From Bellilinea caldifistulae (GTDB taxonomy: Bacteria; Chloroflexota; Anaerolineae; Anaerolineales; Anaerolineaceae): DNA of 32,000 nucleotides. The translations under genes and the position numbers were made by a program. This document shows positions 7,980-15,777 of the stretch, one piece after another; within the stretch, counting starts at the first letter, position 1; each line of letters opens with the position of its first letter. The stretch is taken from contig NZ_LGHJ01000009.1 of NCBI RefSeq assembly GCF_001306055.1, positions 1 to 32,000 on the forward strand. The letters run 5' to 3'. The notes under the pieces were generated by a model, which was not told the origin of the DNA, did not search any database, and saw only the letters and a list, made by a program, of their open reading frames with translations.

Positions 7980-10046
7980 TCAATGAATACCAGCCAGCCG
8001 CAATAACGCCGGCACATCCACAATCAAGGTAATACTGCCGTCACCCAGTATGGCTGCGCTGGAAATACCCGGAATTTCTCCAACCAGCTTGCCCAACGAC
8101 TTGACCACCACTTCTTCCTCCCCCATAAAGCCGTCCACCACCAGTCCAACCCGGTGTTTACCGGATTGGATGACCACCGCAAACAGCCGTTTGCGCTGCG
8201 TGCCGTTCTGCGGGATGTTGAACAACTCGCTCAGGTAAACCAGGGGGAGCACACTCCCGCGCAGCATGGTAACCGGTTTTTGACGGATGGTTTTGATATC
8301 CGCGGGGGAAAGCCGCAGGGTCTCCAACACCATCACCAACGGGATGGCGAAAGTAGCCGAACCAACCCGTACCAGCAGAGTCGGAACAATTGCCAGCGTG
8401 AGCGGCAGCACAATCTGGAAGGTCGTGCCGCGACCCACGGCCGTTTCGATGTGAATGGTACCGTTGACCCGCTGGATGTTGGTCTGGACAATATCCATGC
8501 CCACCCCACGCCCGGATATATCGGTGACCTTTTCAGCAGTGGAAAAGCCGGGCAGGAAGATCAGGTCAACCGCCTGTTCGTCGCTGAGGGCTGCGGCTTC
8601 TTCGGCGGTCATCAGTCCTTTTTGCACCACTTTCTTGCGTAAGACGGACGGGTCAATTCCGCGCCCGTCGTCCGAAACGGTGAGAATGATGCGTCCCTGT
8701 TCGTGCCAGGCGTTCAGCGTCACTGTACCGCGCTCTGGTTTACCGGCTGCGCGGCGTTCTTCGGGTGGTTCAATGCCGTGATCAATCGCATTGCGCACCA
8801 GATGAATCAGCGGATCGTTGATCTCTTCGATCATCGAGCGGTCGAGTTCGGTATCTTCACCGTGGATGACCACATCCACCAGTTTGCCGGCCTTTTGAGA
8901 CATATCGCGCACCATGCGCGGGAATTTGTGAAGCAGATTGCCAATCGGCAACATGCGGATGCGCATCACCTCCTCTTGCAGTTGATCGGTGATGCGGCTG
9001 ATGTGAGCAACCGTCTCGGCTAAATTTTCCACCAGAGGATCATTATGGGCTTGGGCTTCCAGTTTGTTGCGCACCTGAAAGAGGTGATTGCGGTCGGTAA
9101 TCAATTCACCTACCAGATTCATCAGACTGTCCAGCCGTTCAACGCTGGTACGCACGGTCATTTCCACCCCACGGCCACCAGAACCGTTGGAACGGCTGCG
9201 GCCCGGCTGGCTGACAGGGGCAGCCTGCGCCTGTGCCTCCGGCTTTTCGGCTGGTGATGTTTGCTCAGGCGGCGTGGTTTTCGATTCGTTAATTGCAGCC
9301 AGAGAGCGGCCATCCCCATCTGCCTGAACATCAATCTTCTCAATCTCGGAGATTTGACCCAGTTTTTGTAAGATCTGATCCGCGGTTGCAGGGGTGATCA
9401 ATTGCGCCCAAAAAGTTTGCACGGGTTGGGCGGTTTCAATCTCCTCCAGTGTGGGCTGCATCGAAACAATCTCACCCAGTTCCTGCAGCGCCATCATCAG
9501 TTGAAAGGCGCGCGCCGCCGAAGCCACACTGCGCGGGTCAATCCGCGCCTGAATGTGAAATTCTTTTTTTCCATTGGAATGCGTCGGTGGCGATTGCGGC
9601 ACGGCCGGCGCCGGGGGTATCTCAACCCGTTTCTCTTTGGGCTGATGCTCGCCCACCGCATTAAATTCCGCAAAGGCTTCGATCAAAGGCTGCGGATCAT
9701 AATCACTGAGGGTGCCTTTGATGACTTCTTCCCGCAAGGCTCTCAATCCGTCCACCGCATCCAGGCACAGGTCAATCAGCGCGGTACTGACCGAATACTG
9801 GGCTTTTCGCAGGCCATCAAAGGCTGTTTCCAGCGCGTGGGTCAGGTTGGTCATGCGGTGATGACCGATCATACCGGCCATACCTTTGAGGGTGTGCGCC
9901 GCCCGAAAGGCGTTCTGTAACAGGTCGGAATCATCGCTGCGGTGTTCCAGTTCCACCAGCGTTTCATCCAACGTCTGGAGGTGTTCATCCACCTCTGCCA
10001 GAAAGATGGGAAGTTCATCTTGGCTGATGTCAAAAACCATTTGCAT
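7980..10046 (-). CDS. cheA: chemotaxis histidine kinase CheA (P1-P5)
   Basis: The Hpt box is AAHTLKGMAGMIGH. The kinase core has HLVRNAIDHGIE, DDGRGID and GRGVGMD. A CheW-like P5 domain follows. The start was taken as ATG 10046 (MQMVFDISQDELPIF); the ORF upstream to 10100 has no RBS. Start uncertain by a few codons. Confidence 0.93.
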   Translation of the reverse strand: MQMVFDISQDELPIFLAEVDEHLQTLDETLVELEHRSDDSDLLQNAFRAAHTLKGMAGMIGHHRMTNLTHALETAFDGLRKAQYSVSTALIDLCLDAVDGLRALREEVIKGTLSDYDPQPLIEAFAEFNAVGEHQPKEKRVEIPPAPAVPQSPPTHSNGKKEFHIQARIDPRSVASAARAFQLMMALQELGEIVSMQPTLEEIETAQPVQTFWAQLITPATADQILQKLGQISEIEKIDVQADGDGRSLAAINESKTTPPEQTSPAEKPEAQAQAAPVSQPGRSRSNGSGGRGVEMTVRTSVERLDSLMNLVGELITDRNHLFQVRNKLEAQAHNDPLVENLAETVAHISRITDQLQEEVMRIRMLPIGNLLHKFPRMVRDMSQKAGKLVDVVIHGEDTELDRSMIEEINDPLIHLVRNAIDHGIEPPEERRAAGKPERGTVTLNAWHEQGRIILTVSDDGRGIDPSVLRKKVVQKGLMTAEEAAALSDEQAVDLIFLPGFSTAEKVTDISGRGVGMDIVQTNIQRVNGTIHIETAVGRGTTFQIVLPLTLAIVPTLLVRVGSATFAIPLVMVLETLRLSPADIKTIRQKPVTMLRGSVLPLVYLSELFNIPQNGTQRKRLFAVVIQSGKHRVGLVVDGFMGEEEVVVKSLGKLVGEIPGISSAAILGDGSITLIVDVPALLRLAGIH

Positions 10047-10154
10047 AGCAACCCGCCGTATCGAAGTTAAAATCCATACGCTCTGGAGTAAGATTAACAT
10101 AAGGCAAGCCGGCGTTCAGTAAAGAGCGCGTAAAATATAGCCAAAGAACGCATG

Positions 10155-10194
10155 AAAATTTAAACAAAAACTGCTGACCTCAGGCGGTCAGCAG
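10155..10194 (-). terminator. rho-independent terminator downstream of csrA
   Basis: On the minus strand CTGCTGACC-gcctga-GGTCAGCAG (10171-10194) forms a 9-bp stem with a 6-nt loop. It is followed immediately by TTTTTGTTTAAATTTT and starts 20 nt after the csrA stop. Confidence 0.8.
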
Positions 10195-10214
10195 TGATGA
10201 GCCGGTTAAGAAAC

Positions 10215-10505
10215 TTATGCTTGATTCGGTTTTTCGGAAGATGCCGGGGGGTTTTCTTCGGAGGTTTCGTCCGCCAGCAGTTTACGCAGCGCTTCGAAAG
10301 ATTCCGGCTCAGGGCCGCTTGCCAGCAATTCCTGCAAACGAGACTGCTCCTTGACCGCCTCGGCGACCTCCTGGCGTAAAATCAACACATCACGGGGAGC
10401 CGTGATCCCCAGCTTGACTCGGTCACCTTCCACAGCCAGCACCGTGACGGTGATCGAATCACCAATGGCAATACTTTCATCTACCCGACGGGTCAGCACT
10501 AACAT
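10215..10505 (-). CDS. csrA: carbon storage regulator CsrA with extended acidic C-terminal tail
   Basis: MLVLTRRVDESIAIGDSITVTVLAVEGDRVKLGITAPRDVLILRQEV aligns residue-for-residue with the canonical CsrA [47 protein letters not shown]. At 96 aa it is longer than typical. Confidence 0.93.
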   Translation of the reverse strand: MLVLTRRVDESIAIGDSITVTVLAVEGDRVKLGITAPRDVLILRQEVAEAVKEQSRLQELLASGPEPESFEALRKLLADETSEENPPASSEKPNQA

Positions 10506-10536
10506 AGCCGGTATCCTTTATCTTGTGGGAATGGCC

Positions 10537-10562
10537 GCACTGTCTCCCCGCAGGGACAGCGC
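10537..10562 (-). other. GC-rich RNA hairpin in the flgL-csrA spacer (no U-tract)
   Basis: On the minus strand GCGCUGUC...GACAGUGC forms an 8-bp outer stem with one G-U pair. An inner CC/GG pairing closes a small loop. No T-run follows it. Confidence 0.3.
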
Positions 10563-10570
10563 CTTCTTTT

Positions 10571-11461
10571 TCAGCGCAGGTAATCAAACAGGCTAAGGGC
10601 AGAAATGGCACGCCGGCTGACTTCCAGGACTGCCTGATAAGTTGTTTCCTGACCACGCAGCAGGGTGATGGCCTCAGCCATGTTCAGGTCTTCTCTTTTA
10701 GAAAGCAGGCTGTTCAATTCAATTTCGGTCTTATCAATCCCATCACTGGCTGCCTTTACCTGCCGCATCCGCGCGCCCAGCCCGGTGCGCTGCGCATCCA
10801 CTGTATCCAGCGCCGATTGTAACTGGTCAAAGGCAGTTTGTAAAGCGTTGCGGTCAAAGTTCGTGTTTTGCAGCGCATTTCGGGCAGCAACCAGCGATTC
10901 GATCAACGGCCGAAACACGGCTTCGGCTGAAAGGTTGATGACCACCGATTGACCGGGTGCAATCGCCCGCTGCATGAGACCATTATCCCCCTGATAGACG
11001 AGCGTATTTGGATCACTCATCACAAACGGCTGGGTGTGAATTTGGAAACCCGCGAAAATATAATCGCCTTTGTGAGTTGTGTTGCCAATTTGCACCACTT
11101 GAGCGATCATTCCATCAATCTCGGCAGCCAATGCGTGCTGACGCTCATCGCTGCCCATCGTATCGCTCAAACCGCGGGTAATCAGGCCAATCGCCCGTAC
11201 CCCAATCGTCTGTAACTGTTCGAGGCTGTAATCGCTGGCTTCCATCCATTCCCGGCTCAATTCGGTTGTGCTGCGGTAGGCTTGCAGGTTGTTCAGCGTG
11301 GAACGCATTGTCAGGCTTTGGGAAGTGTTTACCGGATCTTCCGAAGGCGAAAGATTCTTCTTTCCAGAGGCAATTTTGCTTTGCAGGCGGGAGATTTGTT
11401 CCATGTTACTCGATAAATGAGAAACGGTATTGTTGATCATTCCTTGATGGGTTACGCGCAT
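10571..11461 (-). CDS. flgL: flagellar hook-associated protein 3 FlgL
   Basis: The N-terminus is flagellin-like (MRVTHQGMINNTVSHLSSNMEQISRLQSKIASGKK) and so is the C-terminus (LLRGQETTYQAVLEVSRRAISALSLFDYLR). It lies downstream of flgK. Start ATG 11461 has GAGGA just upstream. Confidence 0.88.
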   Translation of the reverse strand: MRVTHQGMINNTVSHLSSNMEQISRLQSKIASGKKNLSPSEDPVNTSQSLTMRSTLNNLQAYRSTTELSREWMEASDYSLEQLQTIGVRAIGLITRGLSDTMGSDERQHALAAEIDGMIAQVVQIGNTTHKGDYIFAGFQIHTQPFVMSDPNTLVYQGDNGLMQRAIAPGQSVVINLSAEAVFRPLIESLVAARNALQNTNFDRNALQTAFDQLQSALDTVDAQRTGLGARMRQVKAASDGIDKTEIELNSLLSKREDLNMAEAITLLRGQETTYQAVLEVSRRAISALSLFDYLR

Positions 11462-11483
11462 GTCCTCATCCCTGCCTTTCCGA

Positions 11484-12893
11484 TTACCGTCCAACCAGTC
11501 CCAGCCCGTTGATGATGCGATCCAGCATCTCGTCGTAGGCCGTCAACACCCGCGCGGCGGCTTGATAGGCGCGTTGAGCCTTGGCCAGATTGGCGGCTTC
11601 CTCATCCAGCGAAACCCCGCCCACCGCCTCACGTTGATCGTTGAGGGCTTTGGCCACCAATCCGTGGGTGGAGCTGTTTTGGGTGGCATTGTTGGTCAAT
11701 ATGCCAAAAGAAGTAATCTGCCCGTTGTAGAATTCATTTGGAGAGGCATTCCCAAGCCCGGCAATCGCCTGATTGCGCAGCGCAGCAATCGCCATTGCTA
11801 CCGCATTGTTCCCGGGCTGACCAGCTGCATCAGCGGCTGCCAGACTCTCGGCATCCACCGCCGGATTCAATTTCATCGTGATAGCATCGCTGCCGGTAAA
11901 GAGTGGCAAACCGGTCGCGCCGTTCAAACCGTAACCACCGCTGTGGAGCGCGTTGATCTGCTGAATCAACTGGTCCGCCAGGGTGTTCAATCCCTGAATC
12001 TGCTGCGGGATGACCTGATCCCTGACCTCTAATATCCCCTTCAGCGAACCGCTCGGCAGGTTGACCGTTTGGGGCGGACTGTCGGCCTCCCAGACCACTT
12101 CTACCATCGGGGTATCACCGGCTTTGGGGCGGGTGGTCAGGTGAAGGGCCTGTACGCCCATTACCAGTACATGCCCGCCAATCGAAACCAGCACTTCGCC
12201 GTTTTTTTGTTCGTGGGCAACTGCGCCGCTCAATTCCGCCAGTTTGTCCAGCACCCGATCGCGCTGATCCAGCAAGTCATTCGGGCGTTCACCGGTGGAG
12301 AACACCCGCGCAATTTCCCTGTTCAGGCGGGCTACTTCATCGGCATAGGCATTGATTTGCTCCACCTGACTGGTAACGGCCTGATTTTGATCCAGCCTAA
12401 TCTGCTGCAATTGCTCCCAGCGCCGGTTGAATCCCTCCGCCAGGACACGGGCATCATCCAGCAAGCTGACCCGCAGGCTGAGATTGGCAGGATCGCCCGC
12501 TAAATTTTGCCAGCCGTTCCAAAACTGATCCAGTTTGTTGATCAACCCATCCTGCGAGGTTTCCGCCAGTGTGGCTTCGATTTGCAGCAAGATGTCCCGG
12601 CGGGCTTCCCAATATTTGGCGCTGGCTGATACCGAACGGTAGCGCCCGTCAAAAAATTCAAGGTTAAATCGTTGAATCTGGGCAACCCGCACCCCGCCGC
12701 CGCGCATACCTGCTCCCATTCCCTTGTGTGCCGCCAGGATGGGAGAGGGGACGGTGGCTTCCAAAATTGCCGATTGGCGGCGATAGCCCGGCGTATTGGC
12801 ATTGGCAACATTATGCTCAATCACCTCAATGGTTTGAGCATGCGCCAGAATGGCCTGTAAGGCGATGTGAATTCCTGAAGAGATTCCCGGCAT
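11484..12893 (-). CDS. flgK: flagellar hook-associated protein 1 FlgK
   Basis: The N-terminus has HNVANANTPGYRRQ and the C-terminus has SLDEEAANLAKAQRAYQAAARVL. The product is 469 aa. Confidence 0.92.
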   Translation of the reverse strand: MPGISSGIHIALQAILAHAQTIEVIEHNVANANTPGYRRQSAILEATVPSPILAAHKGMGAGMRGGGVRVAQIQRFNLEFFDGRYRSVSASAKYWEARRDILLQIEATLAETSQDGLINKLDQFWNGWQNLAGDPANLSLRVSLLDDARVLAEGFNRRWEQLQQIRLDQNQAVTSQVEQINAYADEVARLNREIARVFSTGERPNDLLDQRDRVLDKLAELSGAVAHEQKNGEVLVSIGGHVLVMGVQALHLTTRPKAGDTPMVEVVWEADSPPQTVNLPSGSLKGILEVRDQVIPQQIQGLNTLADQLIQQINALHSGGYGLNGATGLPLFTGSDAITMKLNPAVDAESLAAADAAGQPGNNAVAMAIAALRNQAIAGLGNASPNEFYNGQITSFGILTNNATQNSSTHGLVAKALNDQREAVGGVSLDEEAANLAKAQRAYQAAARVLTAYDEMLDRIINGLGLVGR

Positions 12894-12906
12894 CTATCTC
12901 CTCCCT

Positions 12907-13425
12907 TCAGGCGCGGTAATCCATGCCGAAGTTGGCTGCCTCACCTGCCGGACGAGCCTTGTAAGGCGGCGCATAGGCTGGCTCCGGTTGTACCACACCC
13001 ACCAGAAAGACCTGGGCGGCTTGCAGCCAGTCCAGACGGGTGACAGCCAGTGCCTGATTGTAATCATTCAACTGGCGGGCTTCTCGCGCAAGACTGGTAA
13101 TTCCCTCAGCCAGCCGGCTCACCCGCCGGGCATCATTCGCCTCGAGGTGGGGCAGTAATTCGGCAATCGAGGTTTCGTCGGAAACAATGCCGCGTTCCAG
13201 GGCCATTTTTTGAACCGCTTTACGGCGGTTGTCTTCCAGCACACCCAACCGGTCGAGCAGCACTTCCTTCTCTTCGACGATATTCATCAGGTCATCGCTG
13301 TTTTCCAGCAATGCCTGACGCTCCATCATGGTCAATTCAATCAAGCGTTGAATCTGGCGGAATTGCTCAACCAGTGTATCTTCCAGTTCAATCAGATATT
13401 CGCAGAAGTGATCGTGATTTACCAT
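12907..13425 (-). CDS. flgN: FlgN-like flagellar export chaperone
   Basis: The position between flgM and flgK matches Bacillus flgM-yvyG(flgN)-flgK. The product is a helical, Leu/Glu-rich protein (LIELEDTLVEQFRQIQRLIELTMMERQALLENSDDLMNIVEEKEVLLDRL). ATG 13425 follows GGGGAG. A GTG at 13452 is an alternative start. Confidence 0.55.
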   Translation of the reverse strand: MVNHDHFCEYLIELEDTLVEQFRQIQRLIELTMMERQALLENSDDLMNIVEEKEVLLDRLGVLEDNRRKAVQKMALERGIVSDETSIAELLPHLEANDARRVSRLAEGITSLAREARQLNDYNQALAVTRLDWLQAAQVFLVGVVQPEPAYAPPYKARPAGEAANFGMDYRA

Positions 13426-13451
13426 ACCGTTTCTCCCCGTTTCATTCCTCA

Positions 13452-13748
13452 CTAAGTATTAAAGTAGGCTCGGGCAGCCAGTTTACGGGCGATTTCTTCC
13501 ACCTGAACGGTGTAATCGCCGCTTTCAATTCGCTGGCGGATTTGGTTAAGACGTTCGTTTTCCAATTCTGGTGCGCTGTCTGCGGCTGCACGGGCTTTGG
13601 CCAGCAAGCGCGCATCCGCCGAAAGGGCGACGCTGTCGCGTCGTTGAGCCAGGCTGTTGATCTCGTTGGCGGGCTTTCGGTCAGCCCGTTGGATCGGGTC
13701 TGTGCCCTGGGGGGCAAGCGGGTTAATCCCATTGTTCTCAATCTTCAT
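13452..13748 (-). CDS. flgM: anti-sigma-28 factor FlgM
   Basis: The 98-aa product has DSVALSADARLL and a C-terminal ERLNQIRQRIESGDYTVQVEEIARKLA, the FlgM signature. It lies directly upstream of flgN-flgK-flgL. Confidence 0.88.
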   Translation of the reverse strand: MKIENNGINPLAPQGTDPIQRADRKPANEINSLAQRRDSVALSADARLLAKARAAADSAPELENERLNQIRQRIESGDYTVQVEEIARKLAARAYFNT

Positions 13749-13797
13749 CGGTCATACCTCCGGGAGCCAAAAACGGCAGATAAATCACGTGTTTACA

Positions 13798-13824
13798 GTA
13801 TCGGATGTTTTGGCTCAAACTTTA
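13798..13824 (-). promoter_or_regulatory. sigma-28 (FliA/SigD)-type promoter for flgM-flgN-flgK-flgL-csrA
   Basis: The minus strand reads TAAA-gtttgagccaaaaca-TCCGATAC. This is TAAA-N15-xCCGATAx against the consensus TAAA-N15-GCCGATAA. The -35 TAAA is formed by the flgG TAA stop codon plus the next A. The -10 ends about 49 nt before the flgM ATG. Confidence 0.6.
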
Positions 13825-14565
13825 CCCCTTACGCAGATTCAAAGCCTGGGCAATCATCGTATCGGTCTGCTGAAAAGTGCGCACCGACATCTGAAAGGCA
13901 CGCTGCAAGGACATCAAGCGGGTCATTTCGCTGGATAAGTCCACATTGGATTGTTCAACAGCATGAGCGGCAATCATGCCGAAATTAGCCGCGCCGGGCG
14001 TACCCACCTGAGCCGCCCCGGAGGCTTCGCTCGCCAGCCAGACATTGTGTCCCTGAGCAATCAAACCGCTGGGATTGACAAAGCGCGCCAACTGCACCTG
14101 CCCGGCAATCCGACGTGTGCCATCCTGCAGGGTAACCTGAACGCTGCCATCCGGCTGAATGTACACATCGGTGGTGCCGTCCGGTATCTGGCCGTTCCAG
14201 ATCAGCCGGTAACCGGCTGCCGTGACCAGCTGGCGGCTGGAATCCAGCAAAAACTGGCCGTCGCGGGTGTAACCAATCGTCCCATCCGGCAATCTGACCT
14301 GAAAGAAACCCTCGCCTTGAATCGCCCAATCCAGCGGATTTGCCGAATTGCGCAGGGCTCCCTGCTGCATCAACCCTTGTGTACTGGCCAGGGTAATGCC
14401 TTCCAGCGTGCGCTGATTGAGCAATTCTTGAAAGTTTGAGCGGCTGGCTTTGAAACCGGCGGTATTCATGTTAGCCAGATTATTGGAAACCACATCCAGG
14501 TCTAGTAATCGGCTGAGAATATCCTGACGCGAGATGTTGAGGGTGTGAAACAGAGAAGATGACAT
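13822..14565 (-). CDS. flgG: flagellar basal-body rod protein FlgG (distal rod)
   Basis: Contains NNLANMNTAGFK, and the C-terminus has VEQSNVDLSSEMTRLMSLQRAFQMSVRTFQ. Start ATG 14565 follows an AGGAG RBS and the stop of the preceding gene. Confidence 0.9.
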   Translation of the reverse strand: MSSSLFHTLNISRQDILSRLLDLDVVSNNLANMNTAGFKASRSNFQELLNQRTLEGITLASTQGLMQQGALRNSANPLDWAIQGEGFFQVRLPDGTIGYTRDGQFLLDSSRQLVTAAGYRLIWNGQIPDGTTDVYIQPDGSVQVTLQDGTRRIAGQVQLARFVNPSGLIAQGHNVWLASEASGAAQVGTPGAANFGMIAAHAVEQSNVDLSSEMTRLMSLQRAFQMSVRTFQQTDTMIAQALNLRKG

Positions 14566-14578
14566 AAGCGCTGCGCTC

Positions 14579-15340
14579 CTATCCAATTCTGCCCAGTGAG
14601 GCAATCGTCTTACCAAGCAGTTCGTCCTGATTTTGCACCATCTTCAAGGCGGCTTCGTAAGCCCGCCCCACTTCAACCAGCTGGGTCATCAACTGGGTCG
14701 GGTTGGCGTTCGACATCTCCAGAGCGCCCTGCACCACCCGGACGGGTCCCTGCTGGGTAGAGGCTGCCGGGCCGCTGTACAGGTTGCCTTCCTCGCGTTG
14801 AAGTTCGGCGCGCGGATCCTCAAACCGCGCCAGCCCCAGCCGCGCCACCTGCGCGCCGTTGACCTGAATCGTGCCGTCCGGCAGCACCATCACTTGACCA
14901 TCCGGTAGTCGGATCGGCTGCCCGCCATCACTCAGCACAAAGTAACCGTCCACCGTCACCAGATTGTTCTGGGCATCGCGCAGAAACCGCCCGTCACGGG
15001 TGTAACGGTCACCCTCAGGTGTCCGCACCCGGAAGAAGCCTTCGCCTTCAATGGCCAGATCCAGCGGATTTTGGGTCAATTGCAGGCCGCCCTGCGTAAA
15101 ATCGGTTACCTGCGGACCCAGTTCGGTACCCAGCCCCAGCAGGCCAACATAACTCAGCCGCTGGTTTTGAAGCAGATTGCCGGGTGAGTACAAAACTGGC
15201 GTCTGCGCCCAATCCTGCGCATTGGTAAGGATCTGTTTGAAGCCCGGTGTTTCGATGTTGGCGACATTGTGCGCCAGAATTTGCTGACGGGCAGCATTCA
15301 TGATCATGGCTGATACGGCTGAATACATTCCTTTAATCAT
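14579..15340 (-). CDS. flgF: flagellar basal-body rod protein, FlgF/FlgG family
   Basis: The N-terminus is MIKGMYSAVSAMIMNAARQQILAHNVANIETPGFKQ and the C-terminus has LEMSNANPTQLMTQLVEVGRAYEAALKMV. It is a paralog of the next gene. The FlgF versus FlgG assignment is by position only. Confidence 0.85.
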   Translation of the reverse strand: MIKGMYSAVSAMIMNAARQQILAHNVANIETPGFKQILTNAQDWAQTPVLYSPGNLLQNQRLSYVGLLGLGTELGPQVTDFTQGGLQLTQNPLDLAIEGEGFFRVRTPEGDRYTRDGRFLRDAQNNLVTVDGYFVLSDGGQPIRLPDGQVMVLPDGTIQVNGAQVARLGLARFEDPRAELQREEGNLYSGPAASTQQGPVRVVQGALEMSNANPTQLMTQLVEVGRAYEAALKMVQNQDELLGKTIASLGRIG

Positions 15341-15777
15341 CGTACATATCCTCCATTCCCGGCGGGGTTGCTACGCTGCTGGACGCTCAACACCAACCGC
15401 ACTTCCTCGCGGGTCATCCCCAACTGGCGGGCAATATCCACCTCCGACATTTGAGCAGACGCCATGGCGGCAATCATCCGATTGCGCTCGGTCGGGTCAC
15501 CGGCAGGTGAACCCGGCGGCTGAGTCATCGGCCGGTTTCTGGAAACTTCCAGCAATTGCTGGAAATCAGCCTGTCCGAGAATACCTGCCGAAGGCTGACT
15601 GAGCGGCACAGCAGCCTGATCGGTCTTACGGCTGTTTTCCACCAGCGTGCGCATCTGCTCGGTGACCGGATTGAGCTTTTCGGCTTGCGCCTGCCGCCCC
15701 TTCATCAGTGCGGTTTCGCGCATCAACTGCAAAAGTGTGTAGGTGTCTTCCAGGGAAACTCGCGGGATATTACTCAT
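15337..15777 (-). CDS. hypothetical 146-aa protein with C-terminal sigma-70 region-4.2-like helix-turn-helix
   Basis: Its ATG overlaps the fliA stop by 8 nt (ATGAGTAA). Its TGA overlaps the flgF ATG (ATGA at 15337-15340). The C-terminal MSEVDIARQLGMTREEVRLVL follows the same pattern as FliA region 4.2 in this window (LNFKEIGKVLGISESRVCQLH). I recognise no other family. Confidence 0.7.
   Translation of the reverse strand: MSNIPRVSLEDTYTLLQLMRETALMKGRQAQAEKLNPVTEQMRTLVENSRKTDQAAVPLSQPSAGILGQADFQQLLEVSRNRPMTQPPGSPAGDPTERNRMIAAMASAQMSEVDIARQLGMTREEVRLVLSVQQRSNPAGNGGYVR

Noticed and set aside
7970-8023. Upstream extensions of several ORFs in the supplied track: cheC to 8023, cheA to 10100, flgL to 11494, flgG to 14616, fliP to 24708 and cheX-B to 3697.
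   Set aside because: Each extension overlaps the preceding gene or lacks an RBS. Internal ATGs preceded by AGGAG-like sequences coincide with the conserved N-termini of the respective families.
10058-10065. TTCGATAC (sigma-28 -10-like) on the minus strand just upstream of cheA.
   Set aside because: There is no TAAA at 14-16 nt spacing. It lies only about 11 nt from the cheA ATG, leaving no room for a leader or RBS. The cheA promoter remains unassigned: TTTACT-N16-TATGTT at about 10087-10114 is only a weak sigma-70 candidate.
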